Source of the DNA: Bacteriovoracaceae bacterium
GTDB lineage: Bacteria; Bdellovibrionota; Bacteriovoracia; Bacteriovoracales; Bacteriovoracaceae
Direction of reading: 5' to 3'
Assembly (NCBI GenBank): GCA_049599895.1
Contig: JBMYPC010000101.1
Span: 1 to 11,282, forward strand
Length of the DNA: 11,282 bases
The position numbers and the translations under genes were made by a program. The notes beneath the pieces are model-generated. The model saw nothing but the letters and a program-made list of their open reading frames with translations. It searched no databases and was not told where the DNA came from. Shown here one piece after another: positions 6,392-11,282 of this stretch (its first letter is position 1; every line of letters starts with the position of its first letter).

Positions 6392-8203
6392 ATGAAGTAT
6401 GTATCAAATAGTAGAAGTCTCATTTTATTGATGTTGCTTTCGAGTTTACTTATTGGATGCCCAAATGGTGGTAATCCATTTAAGAAGTCTAGTCTTCCGG
6501 GAGGAACAATATCTCCGGCGGTTCAGGCCCAGTTCAATAAAAATATTGAAAAGGCCAATGAAGAACTCGGACGTTATAGTGAGCATAACGATCGCTCCGC
6601 TTTTAACGATAAACTTTATACTCCAGAACTTCTGAGTAATCTGGATAATAAAAAGAAATCCGATGAGATTCTTGCTGATACAGAAAAAGGTTTTGGTTTT
6701 AAATGTGAAGATGATTCAGAGTCTGATTCAAGTGATGTCATTCGATTTAAACAAGCTCTTAACGATTTACATAACCGTTCAAAGCTTGCGGGAGTTCTTC
6801 TTAACTTAAATGCTTATCGAGAAATTCAACAGCACGAAGAGGCCCTTAAAGAAATTCCTGTAGATCTTGCAAGGAATGCTTTTCTTAAAGCTTATAAAGA
6901 TAAGACAAAAAAGGTTGTTCTTCCTAAGGGCTCAAAGAAGCATCTTGAAAAAATTAAATCAAAGTATGAAAAGCTACAGGCCCTCAAAAAAGCTGTCGAT
7001 GCTCTAAAGTCGAAAGATTCTCGAAAGGTGAAGGTCAGAAAAAAGCTAGCATTAGATGCTCTTAAAAATTATGAAAAAGAAGATATCAATAAGAATATCG
7101 AGAAACTTGTTGAGATGAACCTTCCAAAGAAGCACCAAGAGTCCATTGCAAAACAAAGCATGTCTGAAGTTAAAGCTTATATTGAGAGTATTGAGTCGTT
7201 GGAAAATAATGAAAATAGTACTCTTGCTAGAGGAGCCCAAGAACAGAGAGACCTGGACATAGAAGAGAGGCTATTAGAAGAAGTAAGAAAACAAGAGGCC
7301 AATTTTAACTCTCTTGTAGGTGATCTTATGAAATATTCAGGAAATGGTGAGGTTGCACAAAGTGCAGATGAATTCTTTAATCCTGAAAATGGGGACCTTC
7401 TTGAGCAATCAATTGAAGTCACAGGTTGGGAGTTTTCTCCTGAAATGAAGTACAACCTTATTAAGCATTCTATCGATGCCGAACCTAAGGTTGATGAACA
7501 AGCGGTCTTTGCTCATCTTCAAGAGTTTTCTAAAGATCATGAAAACAAATACAGAGATGCTTTAAATCTGTTTAAAGACTACAAGGCTTTAGAAGAGTTT
7601 AAAAAAGACAACTTTTATAAGAAGACTTTTGGTGATCGAATCTCTGATCTCGATAAAGAGTTTCAGGTTGGGGAGGAATCAAGTTCAGAGATTTCAGCTT
7701 TTAGAAATTACCTTAAGATTATGTGTAAAGGTGATTCAAAACTTGTTGGAAAAAATTGTACCCTGGGTGAGATCATCAATCGAACTCATAAAGATCCAGA
7801 GACACAAGAAAAAATTCTCGAACAAACAGCATTTCTTCTCGATATTGATCGAAATGTCGATGAAGAAGGAAACCTTATTCCTGTTACGATGGAGGAAGTT
7901 CAAGCTCAACTTCTAAGCTTTGATAGAGCAAGGGCAAGACTTATGAACAAGTTTCCAAAGTGCTTAGCAAAAGTCGATGATGAGGCCCTTAAATCTGTCA
8001 TTAGCTCTAATGCGAAAGACTATGTTAATTGTGAAGTCTTAAAAGAGGCGATTTCGCCTGCTGGTTATGGGTCTTTATGTGGATTTGATACAGGTCGCTC
8101 AATTGCTTCTGATCGAAATACTGATGAAAAGGGTGAACTTCCTGAAGGTTATAAGTGGGGACGAAATGGAGAGCTAATCCCAGCGACAGAAACTAAAAAT
8201 TAA
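6392..8203 (+). CDS. Hypothetical lipoprotein, 603 aa, alpha-helical/coiled-coil
   Basis: Start moved from 6257 to ATG 6392 because of the GGAG SD at 6383-6386, which removes the overlap with sad. Signal MKYVSNSRSLILLMLLSSLLIG|C has a lipobox-like LIGC. The body is K/E-rich and helical, with RSIAS near the C-terminus. Confidence 0.82.
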   Translation: MKYVSNSRSLILLMLLSSLLIGCPNGGNPFKKSSLPGGTISPAVQAQFNKNIEKANEELGRYSEHNDRSAFNDKLYTPELLSNLDNKKKSDEILADTEKGFGFKCEDDSESDSSDVIRFKQALNDLHNRSKLAGVLLNLNAYREIQQHEEALKEIPVDLARNAFLKAYKDKTKKVVLPKGSKKHLEKIKSKYEKLQALKKAVDALKSKDSRKVKVRKKLALDALKNYEKEDINKNIEKLVEMNLPKKHQESIAKQSMSEVKAYIESIESLENNENSTLARGAQEQRDLDIEERLLEEVRKQEANFNSLVGDLMKYSGNGEVAQSADEFFNPENGDLLEQSIEVTGWEFSPEMKYNLIKHSIDAEPKVDEQAVFAHLQEFSKDHENKYRDALNLFKDYKALEEFKKDNFYKKTFGDRISDLDKEFQVGEESSSEISAFRNYLKIMCKGDSKLVGKNCTLGEIINRTHKDPETQEKILEQTAFLLDIDRNVDEEGNLIPVTMEEVQAQLLSFDRARARLMNKFPKCLAKVDDEALKSVISSNAKDYVNCEVLKEAISPAGYGSLCGFDTGRSIASDRNTDEKGELPEGYKWGRNGELIPATETKN

Positions 8204-8208
8204 CTTCT

Positions 8209-8559
8209 TTAAAGAGGTTTCGGAAGAGTAAAGACTCCATCGGGGCCAGAAGTCCAATCAATCATCTCGATAATGGCGTCTCGGTTAAGAGGGCCATAGA
8301 GGTGAGGAAAAAGCATACCACTATGCGGAGCCTCTAATGGAGGCTCAATCTTAAGCTCAGCTTTCAGCTTTGTTGAATCAACTTTTAAAATATAGAGATG
8401 ATCTTTTCCTTTATAAAAGGAGTTGGCCACTTGGAGAAGTTGATCAGCTTTTGAGAAGTGAATAAATCCTTCAGAGCTTAAAGATGCAGGGATGTATTCA
8501 GGATCATTTTCAAGTTTATGCCAAATGTCTTTTTCAACAATATGATAAATTGGTCCCAT
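8209..8559 (-). CDS. DUF952 domain-containing protein
   Basis: Family pattern IYHI...W...Y.PASL..EGFIHFS...Q...VAN.FY.G...FPHLYGPLN..A. An AAGGAG SD overlaps the upstream TAA. Confidence 0.9.
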   Translation of the reverse strand: MGPIYHIVEKDIWHKLENDPEYIPASLSSEGFIHFSKADQLLQVANSFYKGKDHLYILKVDSTKLKAELKIEPPLEAPHSGMLFPHLYGPLNRDAIIEMIDWTSGPDGVFTLPKPL

Positions 8560-8569
8560 TGAAGGCTCC

Positions 8570-10795
8570 TTAAAGTTTTACCTTTTTATATTTTAATTTT
8601 TCCCACATACTAAATTGATCAGAGTAATGAGGGCCAAACTTCTCAGAGTTCCCACCAGGAAGTGCTGTATAAGCAAAAGGTTTTGACTGATCTCTCACAA
8701 AACGAAAACTTGCTCCCGAGTTAATTTTAAAGCTCTCACGATAGAACGTAGTACTTTGGTTGACTGAGTCAGCAGTTCCGGCAAAAAAGATTGGCCCAAC
8801 ATCAAGTTTAAGAAGCTTTCTTAAAAAATAGGGAAGCTGAGTATTGAGAACAAGGTGATTTCTTTTACTTTTCCAGGACTTCACCTTAAAAGCTGTTTCT
8901 TGGAGTTCTTTGACAATATTTTTAAGTTCATCTTTGAGCCATTTCTCTCGACCTGCTTGTCCAAACCAAAGCTTTTCTTCTTCTTGATTTGGTTCTAAAA
9001 AGACACGATCAAGTTTGTCATGAAGGTTTGAAAAAAGTGGCGCCTCTTCGAGGAAGTGTTGGAAGTTTCGATTCCCTATAAACTGATCACCAAAGAGTTT
9101 GTAATAGAGCCTATTATTAACTTCTTCAAAGAGAGTGGCTGCTTTTGAATGCTTTGAAAATCGACAGTCCCAACCACGTAAAAGAACTTGATATTTTGAA
9201 TTGGGAATAAAGGGAAGAATGAGATCAAGAATTTTCTTTGAACGTAGAGAGTAAAGATCACATTGAAGGTTTTTCATATCGTTAAGGCTAAGGGTCTCCT
9301 GACTTTCAAGGAGATCTGAAATTCGATCCATTCGATAGGCGCCCTTGCAAACATTAACGACAGTATGCTTTTCAGGGTTGCAATATTGGTTTGCAGAACC
9401 GAGAGACCCTTCAGGGTCAGCTGCTGTAATCTTCTTATAATAAAGTTCTTCAGGTGGGACTGATCCTTTCCACATATTTTCCTTAAGCCAGCCTTCAACA
9501 GGAAGTAGGCCATCAGAGTTTCTAAGAGGGGCCCTTCCTGTTTGTTGATAAATAATCTGGTCTTTATGATCAGAAATAATCCAATTACAAGAAAGTGCGG
9601 TGGCGAGAATGGCCTCTCTTTGTTCATCGGCACTGGTGTTGGTATAGAATTCTCTAAGTCCTCTGACGACTTGATAGACACCGCTATCAAGAGTCCATTT
9701 CCAAGAGAAATAATGCCCATCTTCTAAGTTCTTATCTGATGAGATTGTCGTCGCAAGACTGCCATTAGATGTTTGAAAAAGTTTAAGCTCAACATCTTCA
9801 AATTTCTTTCTCTTAATGGTTTCTCTCTTTGTTTCAAGAGCAAAGTATTGATTCTCAGAAAAGACTTTTTGGTTTTCTATTTTTTCAATGAAAAAATCAA
9901 CTTGGTCCATACAGCCATAAGTAAAGCTCATGGTGAAGTATTCGTTTGTTCCCATAACGATTCCTGGAACTCCAGGAACGGTGATGCCATAGAAAGTCCT
10001 TTCTTTAATTTGAATTTTAGATTCATACCACATTGTGGGAAGTCTAAGGCAGTCAAGATGGGGATCGAAACAATGAAGCGGCTTCAGTTCATCTTTTGAA
10101 TTACCTTTTGATTTTTTTGAAAGACAGGCCCAGTTATTACTAGCACTAAAACTTGGGATTTGAAGGTCGGCAATAAGAAAGTTTGAAAAATAGTCTTGGT
10201 CCCAATGGGCAGACTTAATGAGCTCTAAGCGTTCTTTTGAATGTTTATCAATATAGGGAGAAAATAACGATTCAACCTTTTTATAATCTCCATCTTTTTG
10301 AATAAGCCCAATCATCCAGGCTTCAACTTCAAGTTGAAGTTGGGCCAGTCCCATAAAACCAGAAAGTCTCATAATGGAAAGAGTGTCTTCGATTTTCCAT
10401 TTTTCAAATGGGATCTTCAGGAGTCTGTGGGTGAGAGGTCTTTTGTGGTTTTCAAAATAATAATTGATCCCACTATTATAGGACTCTAAGAATTCGATAT
10501 CTTCTTTTGGAATAAAAGGAATTTCTTTTTCAGCATGGTTATAAAGATCAAGCGTGCGCATAAGCTTGTCGATCTTAAAGGCTTCATCTCGATCAACGAG
10601 AAGTTCACAAACTTGGCCTTTCGCTACAATTCGGTTATTCAAAAGTTGTGCGCCACGGTCTTTGGCGTGAAGATATCCAAGGGCGAACATAGCTGAATTG
10701 ATGTCGTCGGACTGGACAAGACTAATGCCGTAAGCCTCCTTCTGAAGGGAGAACACGAAGTTTTCAAACTGAAGTTTTGATTTGTAGGGATTCAC
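8570..10795 (-). CDS. Penicillin acylase family protein (peptidase S45, Ntn-hydrolase)
   Basis: Alpha-chain motif ALGYLHAKDR..QL...R..A.G...E. Cleavage site A|SNNW with nucleophile Ser219 (codon 10141-10139). Further motifs DPHL...P..WYE, PGVPGIVMGTN, SANQ, YRMDRI, WD and GASFRFV..PGGNS. GTG start with an AAGGA SD. Confidence 0.92.
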   Translation of the reverse strand: MNPYKSKLQFENFVFSLQKEAYGISLVQSDDINSAMFALGYLHAKDRGAQLLNNRIVAKGQVCELLVDRDEAFKIDKLMRTLDLYNHAEKEIPFIPKEDIEFLESYNSGINYYFENHKRPLTHRLLKIPFEKWKIEDTLSIMRLSGFMGLAQLQLEVEAWMIGLIQKDGDYKKVESLFSPYIDKHSKERLELIKSAHWDQDYFSNFLIADLQIPSFSASNNWACLSKKSKGNSKDELKPLHCFDPHLDCLRLPTMWYESKIQIKERTFYGITVPGVPGIVMGTNEYFTMSFTYGCMDQVDFFIEKIENQKVFSENQYFALETKRETIKRKKFEDVELKLFQTSNGSLATTISSDKNLEDGHYFSWKWTLDSGVYQVVRGLREFYTNTSADEQREAILATALSCNWIISDHKDQIIYQQTGRAPLRNSDGLLPVEGWLKENMWKGSVPPEELYYKKITAADPEGSLGSANQYCNPEKHTVVNVCKGAYRMDRISDLLESQETLSLNDMKNLQCDLYSLRSKKILDLILPFIPNSKYQVLLRGWDCRFSKHSKAATLFEEVNNRLYYKLFGDQFIGNRNFQHFLEEAPLFSNLHDKLDRVFLEPNQEEEKLWFGQAGREKWLKDELKNIVKELQETAFKVKSWKSKRNHLVLNTQLPYFLRKLLKLDVGPIFFAGTADSVNQSTTFYRESFKINSGASFRFVRDQSKPFAYTALPGGNSEKFGPHYSDQFSMWEKLKYKKVKL

Positions 10796-10827
10796 AATTT
10801 TCCTTAATTTTCGATTGGTTATATAAA

Positions 10828-10856
10828 TTTATACTCCCGTTCTAAACCTTTTCCAA
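10828..10856 (-). promoter_or_regulatory. Candidate sigma70 promoter for the acylase-DUF952 operon
   Basis: On the - strand: TTGGAA (10856-10851), 17 nt, TATAAA (10833-10828), ending 32 nt upstream of the GTG start. The -10 lacks the conserved final T. Confidence 0.4.
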
Positions 10857-10892
10857 CTGGAAAAACTAAAGAAGGGGTGTTACCAATAAGAT

Positions 10893-11282
10893 ATGCCAAA
10901 GAAACCAATAGACCTCAGTAAAGACGACAAACTCAGACCCATCGATGTCGATCCTATTGATCTTGATCAGATGAAGCTGAGAACCGTGGAAAGTCCCGGC
11001 ACGGTTTCATTTGCAAGTTCCGCTGGAAGTGCCCCTGTTGCCAAAACTGAGCAACAAGTCATAAAGAATCGGGCTCGATCGTCAATGCTTGAGCAACTTG
11101 ATATCCAAATGGCACAAATCATGGAGCAGATTGGTCTTTTAGCTAAGCAAGTTGAAAAACTTAAAGAGCGAAAAGCTGTCAGCGAGCTCATCTATTATTC
11201 CAGTATTAACTTTGAGCCCATCGTCGGAAAAACCTATTTTCTTTATAAAAAGGAAGATGGAGAGGCTTGGCTTTCCCTTATT
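10893..11282 (+). CDS. DUF2452-like protein, 3' truncated (not in the ORF track)
   Basis: 130 open codons to the window end: MPKKPIDLSKDDKLRPIDVDPIDLDQMKLRTVESPGTVSFASSAGSAPVAKTEQQVIKNRARSSMLEQLDIQMAQIMEQIGLLAKQVEKLKERKAVSELIYYSSINFEPIVGKTYFLYKKEDGEAWLSLI. This fits the DUF2452 pattern as I recall it (EQ...QI.EQ...LA.Q...R..SE.IY....F.P..G..Y.LY....G...LS.I). Confidence 0.8.
   Translation, partial: MPKKPIDLSKDDKLRPIDVDPIDLDQMKLRTVESPGTVSFASSAGSAPVAKTEQQVIKNRARSSMLEQLDIQMAQIMEQIGLLAKQVEKLKERKAVSELIYYSSINFEPIVGKTYFLYKKEDGEAWLSLI

Noticed and set aside
6453..7916. Short ORFs 6453-6635, 7052-7240, 7177-7455 and 7629-7916
   Set aside because: Out-of-frame or antisense shadows within the lipoprotein gene.
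9076..10489. Short ORFs 9076-9261, 9274-9720, 9542-9727, 9773-10099 and 10298-10489
   Set aside because: All lie inside the uninterrupted acylase gene. The 148-aa alternative frame shows no family motif and no frameshift is needed to explain it.
10967..11191. 74-aa minus-strand ORF
   Set aside because: Antisense to the better-supported DUF2452-like frame.
1..11282. CRISPR array, IS/prophage, tRNA/rRNA, retron/RT or known defence system
   Set aside because: By eye there are no spaced direct repeats, terminal repeats, recombinase/nuclease/RT motifs or obvious compositional shift. Intergenic gaps are all under 200 nt.

Overview
AT-rich bacterial chromosomal window with nine supportable CDSs. 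No RNA genes, CRISPR arrays or mobile elements were seen. On the + strand: the 3' end of an S8 (subtilisin-like) peptidase, a 621-aa secreted protein, a small secreted protein ending at an intrinsic terminator, a Uup-type ABC-F ATPase coupled to a Sad/GabD-type aldehyde dehydrogenase, and a 603-aa lipoprotein. On the - strand: a two-gene operon of a penicillin-acylase-family (S45) Ntn-hydrolase and a DUF952 protein. Diverging from it is a DUF2452-like gene that the ORF track missed and that runs off the right edge. The orphan secreted proteins, an RSIAS motif and a sigma28-like promoter suggest Bdellovibrionota (Bacteriovoracaceae/Halobacteriovorax-like); this is inference only. The sequence alone does not demonstrate a new multi-gene system. 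Best leads: an apparently ligand-less pseudo-metallopeptidase fused to propeller-like repeats, an anchor-less acylase paired with ART-fold DUF952, a possible tubby-like fold in the small secreted protein, and a terminator/uORF/leaderless arrangement upstream of uup.
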